From: Porphyridium purpureum
Taxonomy: Eukaryota
Reading direction: 5' to 3'
Assembly: GCA_008690995.1 (NCBI GenBank)
Contig: VRMN01000003.1
Location: 310,001 to 374,000 of the forward strand
DNA: 64,000 nucleotides
Positions 39,899 through 51,982 of the stretch are shown in pieces; position 1 is the first letter of the stretch; each line of letters opens with the position of its first letter. Made by a program: the position numbers and the translations under genes. Under the pieces are notes generated by a model that had not been told where the DNA came from, made no database searches, and saw nothing but the letters and a program-made list of their open reading frames with translations.

Positions 39899-40411
39899 GA
39901 GTGAACCTGTCCAACGTGCCTATGACTCGTCTCGCTCGGCCACGGAGTCCTTTACCAACGTGCGCGCGTACACTTGCTTTTGTACCCGCCCGTAGCATGT
40001 CCCAAACTGATGGGAGAGTAGCAGCCGCTCCCGCCGAATCTTTACACCGGCGCCTGTCGCAGTGAACAGTTCCGCACCATGTGTTTCGTGGCGCACGCTC
40101 ACCCGATACGCAGGGTGGCTGCGCGACTTCATACTGAATTAAGCTCAAAAATGGCGGTCGCCACGATCCGGAAGTTACTGAACACGCCGTCCCAAAACAG
40201 ACGTCTTGGTTGTTGCCACGTCGACGGCTGAACTCGAACGGCGCGGGGGCGTGGAAGAAGGGCTGGGTGAACCGCGAGGAACCGTTGTAGAAATGGTCGG
40301 ACTGGACACGTCGCGAGCGATTGGCCCGCACTCGGGTGCTTTACTTGCGTCAGCTTTCTTCGCGTCCGATCAGCTCTGTTCCTTCTTCAGCGTTTGCAGT
40401 TTGCCCAGCGA

Positions 40412-40636
40412 CTAGACCATGCGCTTGCGCTCGCCCACCGTGAGGCCCGTCCCCAGCGCCGTGCGCAGGTCGTCCACCGAGAAGGCTAGCGCAACACGCT
40501 CGTGGACGTTCTGCTCAGTGAAGCGCGGCGCGATCTCTCCCAGACCCTCCAGTCCCATTTCTTCTGCAATGACGTCCAACCGGCCACCTTTGCAGGTCCC
40601 GATGCCGCTACCTTCGCTTGCGGAAACGCTCGTCAT
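40412..40636 (-). CDS. SAM-like small ORF, copy 3
   Basis: Near-identical to 15761-15985, with one E->V change. Confidence 0.45.
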   Translation of the reverse strand: MTSVSASEGSGIGTCKGGRLDVIAEEMGLEGLGEIAPRFTEQNVHERVALAFSVDDLRTALGTGLTVGERKRMV

Positions 40637-41252
40637 AGCTCCTGCACTGTCGTAGAATCTTCCCTTGTCCCTTACCGTTGCAATCGATTCACCTGACCGC
40701 AAACGCACGCAAGGCTGCCGACTTTGACGTGAGCTGCTTTATTCAGGGCACTTGTGCTGGCTTGTTCACGTTCCCGTCTCCGCTGTCGTCATTCTTTCAT
40801 CAGACCGGAGTCTGCCCCGAAATATGGCAGGCTCGCGCAGTTATACGCCCGCGCTGCGACCCTTCAGCGCGTCAAATTTCTGTGCTCTCGCCAGGTGCAG
40901 CTCCATGTTTTTGTGTCCGTTTGTTCACCACTCCGCGGTCAACAACGTGCGAACTCACATCATCGAATCACAACTTCGTGCAGCTCGGGAGCCTCCGAGC
41001 GCAAGACTCGGGGATGGTTGGTGTACCAGGCGTGTCGGGGTGTACGACGCGGAGTCGCTCGTTTGACTTCCGTGACCGTGGCTGCAAGAGGCGAATTTTC
41101 ACGATGACCAAACTACGGGGTTACCGATCCATTGCTCCGGGGAGGGGTAGGGAATGGAAAATTGCGCGTCTGCGCAAACCGTGACCCGGTTCGTTCCTCG
41201 TTACGGCGACCTTGTCTCATCGCCGGGGCGTCAACGAAGTCACTGTGCTTGT

Positions 41253-41288
<36 letters not shown>

Positions 41289-43880
41289 CTGGGCCTCTCG
41301 AGGTGGCGCGGGGAAGGGAAAAACAGACAGAAAAAACAACAAAAATTGTGGTATCAATTCTCCGAGCCACCTGTGTGTATCTCGGCGACTCGGCCGTCGC
41401 CTGCGCCGGCAAGGTCGGCTGTGAAGAAAGGCCGACAGACTCTTCCAGGCACTCCTTCACTTTCCGAGTGGACAATTGGGTGGTCGCAAGGAATGACGCT
41501 CGTACACTTTGGGTGGCGCTCACCCACCGACTGGTGCAAGATGCATCGCTTGCATCAAAAGTAACTGCCGCGACACTCAAAAAGTTGATTCTGAATCCGC
41601 GACATGGACGGGCGACGCCGCGCCTCGAAAACGCATCGCTCGCCCGTGCTTCTGAGGCGCAGCTGCGCCAGATCAGGTTTCTACCCTGTGCAACAGCGAA
41701 AGCCGTCGCTGGTGCAGCGTGTGTTTGATTGCGTCGCAGACGACAGTGTCGTTGTGTGCAAACACGGCTCAGGGGTCTCGCCGAGCGATGGTCGCAAGTA
41801 TAAGAATGCGTGAGTGCGTTCTCGAATTGAGTGGCGCTCGCGGAAGTCCGTTGGCCTCAAGAGCGTCGCGAAAGCACGCAAGGACACAGATGCCAGCGGG
41901 AGTTCACAACTGGCGAGTAGAGGAAGTATGGCGCCTGCGGGTGCCCGGTTTGGATGCCGCTGCGGTCGAGATGCACACAGTGAGGGCCTGGTCAGGCCTC
42001 CAGTGGCGAAGGCAGGAAGCGAGCTGGGAGGCGGCTTGTTCGCCCGCCAGGGCAGCAAAGTGAACGAGTCCGAGTCGTTTGCCCCGGCGATCAACATGTG
42101 CGGTTCGTGCCGGCAAGGCCGCTCGCGCGAACGAAGTTCATGGATACACCGGGCGCACAACCTAGATCATGCGCCGCTCAAATCCGTGCCAGCTTCCACA
42201 GCACTGACAAGCGAATCTACTCACCCCGCGGATGGCGCCAAAGCTGGAGCTCTGGGAGCGCACAAACGCAAGCATCCGGACTGCGCCGATGCGCCTGGTC
42301 GTTTCCATGACACGAGCAGCCAGCAGTGACCAGCATCGGGTCGGAAGGTGCCTTTCCAGGTTTCGTCACAAGCCAACACTGCATGTAGAATGAAGAACTG
42401 GCTGAGCGTTCGTTTGACGCGGTGCGCAAAGCAGACCGCTCGATGCAGCTGCAACCGAATAGCAGCGCGGTGTGTCTAGACCCGCCCACTTGGTATCCTG
42501 CTGTGACTGTGCCGTCGGGCTTCGCACGCGGACCCAATGCCAATGCCGCCGGCGGAAACGGCGTCTGTTGTGGCACCGCAGCGCTTCCCTTTCACTTCCG
42601 CCGCGTGAGCGCGCTGCCGGGGGTGGGGGTGGAGGTGGGGGCGGGCGTCATCGCGAAGAAACGCATGCAGGCCGGTGTTGCGCATCGTGGTGTGTGCCTG
42701 AGGATGCGACTGTGCGACACGGGGTCCTGCGTGCAACTTCCCAACCTGAAGTGCCGAGCGTGTTGCCGGTTTCGCGCCAAGCCGGCTGCGGCGCAGCGAC
42801 AGACGCAGCAGCCGGTGTCCACAGTCCAGCTGCTGGCGCGCCCGCCGCGCACCCACGCGGAGGATTGCCAGCATCTCATTCGGTTTGTCGTTGGTTAGGA
42901 CTGCCCTCGTTCTGCGATGCAAAGAGCGCGAGCCACGCATGCTCCCAAACGCGTCGGCAACCTGAATCGCAAGCACGTGGTGGGATCGTGGATCGTGGAT
43001 CGTGGGTAGTTGGCCGTGGATCGAGTGCGGAGGATCAACGAGTTTGGACCTTGGTCTCAAACGCCTCCGCCGGGTATCTACATCAGGCTTGCCGAGAGTT
43101 GCTATGGAGTACCAGGAAGATGGCAAGCGAATGCGGGGTATTGTAGACGGAGCACATTCGTGCTCCAAGCCGCCCTGCTTGTCGCGTATGAAGCTCAATT
43201 CTTGTGGGCTCAACTCTGTGTGTGGGTCTGCACCCCCGCGCAAGAATGGACACCTAGTAGCTGCCCCAGAGAAGACTGGAGACGTGCAGTCGCATGTTTA
43301 AGACGCAGGTCTGCAGCGTCACACACAATCACTCGATGGCTTCGACAGTCGTTCCGCCTGCTTGCGCTTGCGCCGACACAGACGAGACGAAAGGTTTGAC
43401 CAGACTCTCGATGACGGAGAATGGAACAGATCGGTCAGACGGCTTCTTCGCCCGCCGCACAAGCGAAATCAGCGAGTCCGCCGCCTTTGTGTCCAAGATG
43501 AACATGTGCAGCCGGTGCTGGCAAGGCCGCTCGCAAAGATGCTGTTGCTTTCTGCTTCTGTAGCGCAATCTAAAGCACGCAACGCTCAGACCCTTGCGCG
43601 ATCCCCACGGAATGACAGAACAAGTGCTGGAATCGGCAAGGAGGCCAGATGCTGCTCCGCCGGGCGCACAGTTGCACGCCTATCCGCAATGCGGCTGTGT
43701 ACACCGTGGCTTCCATCACAAGAGCCATCCATAGTGGTCATCTTCGGCTACCACAGGGACCTGACAACCTCTCCGGAGCAGGTAGATTGCGTTCCCGAAG
43801 AACAGTGTGAGAAAGAAAATAATGATATTCATAAAAGCATAAACGACCAGGTCTCGAATCCTGCGCCTGCACTGGATAAC

Positions 43881-46337
43881 TTAAAAATTCTCCTTGGCGA
43901 CAAGGACTCTGCACGTGCATATCTGGATCCTGTTGTCGCGAAGCATTTGCCTCTTCACCTCGAACAAATGCTCGGCTGTCACGCGATGCGCAACGCTCTG
44001 CAACTCGCGGGCAACTGCCGGTGCGCCGCAGTAGAAGACACCGACTGTCGACCCGTGGTTCGGGGAGCCTCTGTGTGCGCGCAGGATCGCAGCGCTCATG
44101 ATTTTATGCCAGTCAGGACGACCGGCGATCAGCTCGTGTTGTGGGCCGCAGCGTGAGCGATCGAAGGGATCCAAACGGACTAAGGTCTCAGGCTTGTCGC
44201 GTGTGGCGTAAAACTGCAGCGAAAACGAGCGTGGGAGACTCTTTGCCGACTCAGCAAGGTCCTCGGCCGCCCAGCTCATGCCGGTGTATGTTTTGTTCAC
44301 CCAAATTCCTTGCATACTGAAGTCATCGTCGAGTGGATCCACCGACAGGGTGGATCCCTCGTTGCTTTGACGCGAAGGAACAGCGTATAGTTTCGTATGT
44401 CGCACATTTTCAGCCTCCAAGAGCTCCGGTGGACGCGCCGTCGCGTAATAGATGAAAAAGATACGCACCGTGTGGACCAGCGTGTACACACCGTAGAACG
44501 AAAAGTACAGAACGGCATTCAACAGTGATGGTGAAATCGCGTCTGCGATTGAAGCGGCGAGTGACGCAACAGTCATGGCCACAATTGCAAGTTCCATGAC
44601 GAAGATAATCGACACAATGTAGCGCTTACCATACGACGCGCCGGACAGAATCACCTTGGGAACATAGATAAACAGAACGAGCAGGCTCGCAACAATTTCG
44701 ATTGCAGCGGATTCCAAACTCTTTCCAAAAATCCATACGCACATGACAAGCGTCACGAGCATAATAGATATCAGAAATAAACAAATGTTGACCGTCATAC
44801 TTTCAAGAATACTGGCCGCAAAGGCCACGCGAGCACGAGTTGTCATGGTCGCGCGACTAACGCGTTCAAAGCCAAGCACGTCTGTGAACGCCATGTCGCC
44901 ATGATCCAACACGAATTGCTCCTCCTCAGTGAGGGGCAGCTCGGGTACTTCGGGAGCGTTCCACGTCCTTTCTGATCCTGATGACGACAGGCCGTCCGCA
45001 TCCTGCAATGATTCATCTCGCATCAAAATCCTCGTCTCATCCACTATGTGATGCCACACAGAAAGCAGCGGCGTCACACCGATACCGGTTCCAATCACGA
45101 CAATGTGCCTGTACGCAGAGAACTTTTGGGCAGGCGCACCGAAGCCGCCCCGCAAACTTGCCCCGACAATGCCTGCAGTAGATCCACTTTCCGCGTCGGT
45201 CGCCGTCGCGCTATTCGCTAGTTCCCACAGTGCTCCTGTCCAGCGACCGGCCGCCTTGATAAAGAACGTCGCCTCCCCGCGGTCGTTGGGCGCGGATGCT
45301 ATCGTGAAGGCGTGCCACTCCCACACAGAGATTTCCTTGATGCGAATGTCAGCATACTGTCCTGCAGAGTACCTCCATCCGGGCACCTGCAGAATCAGCT
45401 TCGTCACCCTGTCTTCGCCATCCTCATGCGCGCTGATGTGGACCACGGTCGCCTCCCGGGCAGCGTGGCGCACGCGCCGCATGATGACGTCAATGATGTA
45501 CAAGACCAGCGGGCCCGCCAAGAAGTACACCGTGATTGGGTACCCACGTTGCGTGCCGTGAATGATGAGCAGCGGGATGGCAGACACAATCCCAATCACA
45601 TGCGACAACCAGAAAATGCGAAACCCAATCGTGCTGCGCCGTACCTTCTCCAGCGTCGTCGCGAAAAACAGCAGAAACACAACGAAGAGTAAGATGCCCG
45701 TGATGAGCAGCTGCAGCGTCGCAAAGCCGGCACCAAACGTCCACACGGGGCCTCCGTCGTTGATGACAATCGCTTCCGTGGCATAGTTGACAACTTGCGG
45801 GACGGTGTGAATAACACAGCCGGCAATGACAATTGTCAGTGCGATCAAACGATGGTACTTTGGCATCACCTTGTCCACCGGAAACGCATACTGGATCGGC
45901 GTGCTCCGCACCCATGTCCAGAACCACTTGCTGCCGGTTACAAATACGACTGCAGCGTTCCACGAGACCAACCGGCCAGCGCCACGTGCAATGGGCAAGG
46001 TGTACCGCAGAATCTTACTCTCCGTGGTCCAATGAGGTGCCGTGAATTCCCACACACCCCACGTTGCCATACAGATATCCAACGCAATCAGCAGCGCGAG
46101 CGTGGCCAAGTTGGCACCTTGGTTGGAGAAGAACGCCTCACTCCTCGTCCAGAACGAACCTACCCTGGGTTCTTTGGCCTTGGTCTCCTTTGCCTTGCCC
46201 GTCTTCGCCTGTTCGCTGTTTGGTTGATATGCGGCATTTTCTCGCTCAGCTGTGCGCGCTGGCACCTCGTGTGCCCCTCGTGGAACGTCCTGTGGCGCAG
46301 CCGCGGCCAGTGCGCCTGCGTCGCCCGCGTCTGCCAT
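43881..46337 (-). CDS. NADPH oxidase copy D, 818 aa
   Basis: Nearly identical to copy B; intact ORF. Confidence 0.93.
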   Translation of the reverse strand: MADAGDAGALAAAAPQDVPRGAHEVPARTAERENAAYQPNSEQAKTGKAKETKAKEPRVGSFWTRSEAFFSNQGANLATLALLIALDICMATWGVWEFTAPHWTTESKILRYTLPIARGAGRLVSWNAAVVFVTGSKWFWTWVRSTPIQYAFPVDKVMPKYHRLIALTIVIAGCVIHTVPQVVNYATEAIVINDGGPVWTFGAGFATLQLLITGILLFVVFLLFFATTLEKVRRSTIGFRIFWLSHVIGIVSAIPLLIIHGTQRGYPITVYFLAGPLVLYIIDVIMRRVRHAAREATVVHISAHEDGEDRVTKLILQVPGWRYSAGQYADIRIKEISVWEWHAFTIASAPNDRGEATFFIKAAGRWTGALWELANSATATDAESGSTAGIVGASLRGGFGAPAQKFSAYRHIVVIGTGIGVTPLLSVWHHIVDETRILMRDESLQDADGLSSSGSERTWNAPEVPELPLTEEEQFVLDHGDMAFTDVLGFERVSRATMTTRARVAFAASILESMTVNICLFLISIMLVTLVMCVWIFGKSLESAAIEIVASLLVLFIYVPKVILSGASYGKRYIVSIIFVMELAIVAMTVASLAASIADAISPSLLNAVLYFSFYGVYTLVHTVRIFFIYYATARPPELLEAENVRHTKLYAVPSRQSNEGSTLSVDPLDDDFSMQGIWVNKTYTGMSWAAEDLAESAKSLPRSFSLQFYATRDKPETLVRLDPFDRSRCGPQHELIAGRPDWHKIMSAAILRAHRGSPNHGSTVGVFYCGAPAVARELQSVAHRVTAEHLFEVKRQMLRDNRIQICTCRVLVAKENF

Positions 46338-46484
46338 GACTGCGACCTTCCCACTCGGCTACGGCTCGACTCGCCTCGCTACGACGGGATCACGCAAATG
46401 CCCGCGCGCGCGTGTGTGTTCTTGTACCTGCTCTCCACACGGCGTGTGAAGTCGAGCGCAGCCATGCCCGTGGGCGTGTGTCCT

Positions 46485-49400
46485 AGTTGAAGCCAGGGGC
46501 CCTGCGCGGGCACCTGTCCGCTGCTGCGAGCGCGGCTTCATTCCTTTTTGATAGAGCAAAATTCGCTCTTCTGGTGTTGAAGGAGGAGTTGACTAGAAGG
46601 TAGCTGAGTCCTAATTCCGGCTTCACGGGGACAGATTTCTGAAAACAACTCTCATATATCTTTAAAGCTCCTTACTTCTTAAAATGTCTAGGCTATCTCC
46701 GAAAACTACTCGAAAGACTCGCGCTTTTATACCCGCCGCTGCTCAGCTTGTGTCCGCTCCAGCGATGCTCCGATTCTGCGGCGCTATTCCGCGAAGTCGC
46801 GCTGCCCGTTACAGTGTGCTGGCCAGGTGTTCCCAAAAGGCCGTCAATACCACAGGCCCGTTACGAGTGCTACTCCGGCGCTGGCAAGGGATAATTGAAC
46901 CGGTTACAATTCTTGTCGCGACTCCGGCTTGGAACTTGGTGTCGCGGTGACGGTTTCAACTCTGCCCCCCTTTGTGCCACTTTCTTGGAAGTGGGACAAA
47001 GCGCTCTCCTCAATCCAATTTCTGAGGATTACCTGACCTGTGCCAGTGACCCGCTTGGTGAGACAGTCTGCGGGATTCCTATTGCCGCGAATCCACGTGA
47101 GTTGCTGGAGCTCTCCGGTTTCTAGTTCATGGCGAATCAAGGCAGCGTCAAGACGCAGAAATTTTTCAATGTCGCATGAGCTGGTGGTTAGATTCGCTTG
47201 CATCCCTTTTGAGTCCGTAAATGCATGGATAGGAACCTTGACTTGCGCGAATTCGTAGAAAAACGCCTGGATCAGCTTGGCCGCTGCATAACCTTGGGTT
47301 ATAGCCAGCAGCTCCGCATGTGGAGTGCTGTAAACAACCTTTCGCATTCTCCGCGACTCCCAATCCACAAGATGTGACACTGATATTCTTGACTTCCAGG
47401 TCAGTCCGATGGCAATGCCCAATTGAGCATGCGGCAATTCCTTTCCATGTGGGAAGCCTGCGTCCGTAAATACTTCGATTACAGCCTTCTCCCACATATG
47501 AGCGAAGTCCTTGCCTCTGCACGGGCGATTAAGTACCTTCTTGAATGATAGGCAGTTCGGCTGTCTCTTGCACTCCTTAAGTACTCCATTGGCGAGACGT
47601 AAATCATGAACGGAAAGATGTGCCGCTCTTTGTAAAAGAAAGGATGCAGCGAAGGCCGCCACAGGACTTGTTCGATGACCTAGCCAATTGAGCTTGCCAC
47701 AGAGCTTGAGATAGTCCTTGTGATCCTTATCCACGACTGCCGCCTTGTCTTTAGGTACTTCAAGTGCTTCAATTTCTGCCGCATAGTCGCGTTGATTGAG
47801 AGTGATCCTGTCACTCGACGTTTCGACATTCCAGCCGACGAAGCGCATGCTTTCTGGGGCAAGCACTCGCGTGCCTAATTTGAAACGCTTTTCAAATTGC
47901 ACGAGGAAGGCTGTTACAGCTTCCTTGGTTCCACATCCAAAGATGTCATCCACATATTTGGCTAAAAGTAGGTTGCGCGATGGCGAGAAAAAGATTTGTG
48001 GAAAGAACAGAGATTGACGGAGACCCATGTTCCGTAGTTCTCCATCGCTGCACTTCAACCACTGCCTTCCGGCATCACGCAAGCCGTAAGGCATCTTGAG
48101 AAGTTTCCACAGTGTACGTCGTCTGGCCTCCAAGAAAGGTGGTAGTCGCACGAAAATCAACCTAGGTGCTGGTCCGCTTTTCATATAAGCCCCTTCCACG
48201 TCGCCATTGAAAGCTTGCCAACCCATGGCTGCACAAATACTTGCCACGAGCCGTTGAGCGTTGCTGTTTGGTACGGGTGCATCACCACGTACCATTGATC
48301 TTTCCTTGTCTCGATGACCGTGTAGAACTAGTCGAGCCTTCAGCCTGCGCTGCTTGTTACCAGCTGCAGGTTTGACATTAAAGAGCACGTGGCATCCTAT
48401 CACATTCGCACCGGACGGGATTTGGGACACGTCAACCTCTTCATATGCACCGTTCCACACCTGGAGTTCACGTGTCAGCGCTTCCTCGAAAATATTCGAC
48501 GGTAGACCACAATTCATCGCCTTATTATATGAAAATGGATTTGTTCCAAATATCTCCTCCACCCTTGCAACATAGTCATGCTCACCAAGATAAATCTCTA
48601 TCAGTCGCTGTGTTCGGCGTCGTACCCGGCTGGATGCACGCACTGGAGTCTCCGGCGTCTTCCGCTTTCGATCCCTCCTTACACGTTTGATGTCATGAAT
48701 GTGGGCGCTGTTTGCTTTCCCGAAATCACCAGTGTCGTCAGGCATTCGTTTTAGGTGGGCACGTTGATCTTCATCCTCCTTGTCATTTGTCACTAATTCA
48801 TTCGGAGATGTGTCAACGTTGCCGTCCGCTGCAAAGTGCCTGCGCTTGATTTCTTGCTCTTCGCTATCAGACCCCTCTTGCAGTGGTCTCTCACGTTTTT
48901 CTGTGCCTGTTGAATCCTCAAAACTTGTTTCCTCGTGAGAAATAGCATTTTCTTCTGCTTCGGTGATTGCTTGCTGAGAGCTTTCGGATGTTGCCGGTTT
49001 CATGGCCGTAGATGTTTCTTCAACAATGAGACCAGTAGCACCTTCTGTTACTCTTGTTGAGGCCAACTCTTCGGGAATAGCTGCTTCCATTGGAAGTCCG
49101 TCATTGTTAGACTCAGCGGCGCGGGGAACAAAGTCGGCATTGTCTTCCAGAGGAGCGTCACCGAAGCTTGGTAATTCTTCTTGGTCTTCCTCCGGTTGCT
49201 CAACCGCGTCTTGACCTTCTTCCACATCTTGAACAACATCTGCTCCAATATCATCTACCAGTTCTCGCTCTGGCATTACATCTTCGAATGCGATGTGTCG
49301 TTTTGCCCGGCTGCTACCGATTTCAATGCCGCCGTCGGTGATCGCCTTGACTCGTGCCTCCAACCAATTTCTTGCTTTCCCTTCCGCTATGTGCACGAAT

Positions 49401-51982
49401 ACCCGATCGCCGACCTGATAGTTCGTTTTGAATTTTATCGCCTTGGAATGCTTCAATCGTAAAAGTTTCTGCCGCGCGCGTCTCCTTTCATCTGCACGGC
49501 GTACTTCTTCGGGTAGGGGTATACCTCCAGGTATGTGAGGTGCATATCCCCTGACGAGCTCAAACGAAGATGCAAGGCGTGAACCGCTTTGACAATTGGC
49601 TAAATGGCTAGCAATCGTCGCCTTCTCCACAATCTCATTAAAACCTTCCACTGGTTCGCACAGACGCTCAAAAAACTTGCGGATCTCTCTGTGTTTTCGC
49701 TCGGTAATGCCATTCTTCCGGCTGTGGCGGGATGGAAGCTTAGCTGGCTGAATTCCATGCGTCTCGAGCATTTTTAGCCAGGCTGTGCCTCCCTCAAACT
49801 CTCCGTCTGCCATGGCCACCTGTGGGGCTCCATGGCGGTAAACCCATTGCGTTTCAAAAACTCTTGCAAGCGCCTTTTGCCCACGTTTGCCTCCTGCGCA
49901 CCCTATCTCTGAGTATCCCGTGGCTGTGTCGCAAATGTGTAAGAATGGAACCTTGCGCAGGTAAACAATATCGACACCAACGCGCTCATTGAAGTTGAGA
50001 AAAATGGGAGTAACCGAGACCTTGGCTTGATGCGTCGGCAGGGTGGTACGGAAGCACGGACCACACCTTTGCACTATCTTCGAGAGGGCTTCGGCTCCTC
50101 GGTCTGCTTCTTCTTGTGAAGCTTCACCGGCCCGTACCATAAGCATAGCGATCTGATCAGCCGTTGCGTGTGTTCTTGCATGGATTCGGCGACCCTTGTC
50201 CACATATTCCTGGATTGACAGAAAGGATGAAACCGAATTAAAGATACACAATTTGTGCCCCGACTGTAGGCCCTGCGTATGGCATAGAAGATTGCCTTCC
50301 TTTGTACGAATCTGGTTTCCGGGTCCGTCGATAGTGCAGAGATCCAGCACATCAGCACCGAGTAGGATTGGACATGGGCTTTTCCTTACAAGGAAGCTTA
50401 CCGGATAACCATTCAGCATCACATTGAAGCGTCCTACAATGGGTGCGGCTGGTCCAGATATGCCGAAGCGATGCCTATCAGGATCATTCTTCCACTTCGG
50501 CTCCAAATTAAAATGACTGCCCGCTTTTTCTGCCAACCGCTTCAGCTCTGTTTCTCCTCCAATTGACTGAGGGGACCCTGTGTCTTGGATGACCTGAATG
50601 GGCATATTCTTGCAAGCAGAGAGAAGTGATAGCTGTGGGGTAGTAAGCAGGGGGTTGTGAGTAGCAGAGTGGGAGGAAACGAGGGAATAAATGGAAGATG
50701 CGTATTTATCCTCTCCCAAAAATCCTTCCGATACTCCTGCGCACTCCGTATCGCCTGCCCAATGCCCCTTCTGATTGCAAACCTTGCACTTCGTCTTCCT
50801 TTTCATTTCCTTGAGGCGCTCCTTCTTTCCATCCGTACGGTTTTGGTCCCCAAGAAGGGACCCAACTTGCTTCAATTCACGACCTGCGTGCGCTTGGCCG
50901 AAGCCGACTAGGTGGAGACCCTGCGCTGCATCTTCAACAGTAAGCAATTCACCTGGAGCTTTTCCTTTCAGTGCGTACATGAGCACCTGAGCTTGGGCCG
51001 CACCACCAATCTCACTGTTTGCAATCATGGTATATGCAAGCACTTCTTCAAGTTCCTTTGGCAGCTGTGCCACACCGCCACCAAAGTATTCCGCCATGAA
51101 CATTGCCTTGCGCGCTTGAAATGCTGTGATGAAACCATCTACGCTACCCGTGCGACGGCACCGGAGAAGTTCACCATGCGCGATGAAGCGCTTCTCAGCT
51201 TGGCGCTCGACGCTGATGGGGTCCAAAGTGGAGAGAAGTTTCTCTACTCCATGCATTGTAGCCAACTGCGAGTCGGGAACTGTTTGTGCGATGCTTGCTG
51301 CATTGCCCGACAGATTCTGACGAAGAAGCAGGGCTCGTACCGTCTTAGGGTATGCCTTCCTGCTGTGCGGCTCGCCTGCTGCGAGGAGAGCGTCTTGAAC
51401 TGCTTCCCAGTTCACCACGTCTTTGCGATATCGCGCGTATGATCCAAAACCATTATGCTGCGGAACACCAGATGGGCTGAATGATGCACCCTCTGGGCTC
51501 ATAACAGTTGAAGCCAGGGGCCCTGCGCGGGCACCTGTCCGCTGCTGCGAGCGCGGCTTCATTCCTTTTTGATAGAGCAAAATTCGCTCTTCTGGTGTTG
51601 AAGGAGGAGTTGACTAGAAGGTAGCTGAGTCCTAATTCCGGCTTCACGGGGACAGATTTCTGAAAACAACTCTCATATATCTTTAAAGCTCCTTACTTCT
51701 TAAAATGTCTAGGCTATCTCCGAAAACTACTCGAAAGACTCGCGCTTTTATACCCGCCGCTGCTCAGCTTGTGTCCGCTCCAGCGATGCTCCGATTCTGC
51801 GGCGCTATTCCGCGAAGTCGCGCTGCCCGTTACAGTGTGCTGGCCAGGTGTTCCCAAAAGGCCGTCAATACCACAGGCCCGTTACGAGTGCTACTCCGGC
51901 GCTGGCAAGGGATAATTGAACCGGTTACAATTCTTGTCGCGACTCCGGCTTGGAACTTGGTGTCGCGGTGACGGTTTCAACT
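46485..51982 (-). mobile_element. Ty1/Copia LTR retrotransposon, copy 2, intact, 5498 bp
   Basis: LTRs at 46485-46961 and 51506-51982; TSD GTCCT at 46480-46484 and 51983-51987; single uninterrupted polyprotein ORF. Confidence 0.97.
46904..51502 (-). CDS. Copia Gag-Pol polyprotein (Gag, PR, IN, RT, RNase H)
   Basis: All catalytic motifs are in one frame; ATG lies inside the PBS (alternative in-frame ATG at 51562 in the LTR); stop codon lies inside the 3' LTR. Confidence 0.95.
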   Translation of the reverse strand: MSPEGASFSPSGVPQHNGFGSYARYRKDVVNWEAVQDALLAAGEPHSRKAYPKTVRALLLRQNLSGNAASIAQTVPDSQLATMHGVEKLLSTLDPISVERQAEKRFIAHGELLRCRRTGSVDGFITAFQARKAMFMAEYFGGGVAQLPKELEEVLAYTMIANSEIGGAAQAQVLMYALKGKAPGELLTVEDAAQGLHLVGFGQAHAGRELKQVGSLLGDQNRTDGKKERLKEMKRKTKCKVCNQKGHWAGDTECAGVSEGFLGEDKYASSIYSLVSSHSATHNPLLTTPQLSLLSACKNMPIQVIQDTGSPQSIGGETELKRLAEKAGSHFNLEPKWKNDPDRHRFGISGPAAPIVGRFNVMLNGYPVSFLVRKSPCPILLGADVLDLCTIDGPGNQIRTKEGNLLCHTQGLQSGHKLCIFNSVSSFLSIQEYVDKGRRIHARTHATADQIAMLMVRAGEASQEEADRGAEALSKIVQRCGPCFRTTLPTHQAKVSVTPIFLNFNERVGVDIVYLRKVPFLHICDTATGYSEIGCAGGKRGQKALARVFETQWVYRHGAPQVAMADGEFEGGTAWLKMLETHGIQPAKLPSRHSRKNGITERKHREIRKFFERLCEPVEGFNEIVEKATIASHLANCQSGSRLASSFELVRGYAPHIPGGIPLPEEVRRADERRRARQKLLRLKHSKAIKFKTNYQVGDRVFVHIAEGKARNWLEARVKAITDGGIEIGSSRAKRHIAFEDVMPERELVDDIGADVVQDVEEGQDAVEQPEEDQEELPSFGDAPLEDNADFVPRAAESNNDGLPMEAAIPEELASTRVTEGATGLIVEETSTAMKPATSESSQQAITEAEENAISHEETSFEDSTGTEKRERPLQEGSDSEEQEIKRRHFAADGNVDTSPNELVTNDKEDEDQRAHLKRMPDDTGDFGKANSAHIHDIKRVRRDRKRKTPETPVRASSRVRRRTQRLIEIYLGEHDYVARVEEIFGTNPFSYNKAMNCGLPSNIFEEALTRELQVWNGAYEEVDVSQIPSGANVIGCHVLFNVKPAAGNKQRRLKARLVLHGHRDKERSMVRGDAPVPNSNAQRLVASICAAMGWQAFNGDVEGAYMKSGPAPRLIFVRLPPFLEARRRTLWKLLKMPYGLRDAGRQWLKCSDGELRNMGLRQSLFFPQIFFSPSRNLLLAKYVDDIFGCGTKEAVTAFLVQFEKRFKLGTRVLAPESMRFVGWNVETSSDRITLNQRDYAAEIEALEVPKDKAAVVDKDHKDYLKLCGKLNWLGHRTSPVAAFAASFLLQRAAHLSVHDLRLANGVLKECKRQPNCLSFKKVLNRPCRGKDFAHMWEKAVIEVFTDAGFPHGKELPHAQLGIAIGLTWKSRISVSHLVDWESRRMRKVVYSTPHAELLAITQGYAAAKLIQAFFYEFAQVKVPIHAFTDSKGMQANLTTSSCDIEKFLRLDAALIRHELETGELQQLTWIRGNRNPADCLTKRVTGTGQVILRNWIEESALSHFQESGTKGGRVETVTATPSSKPESRQEL

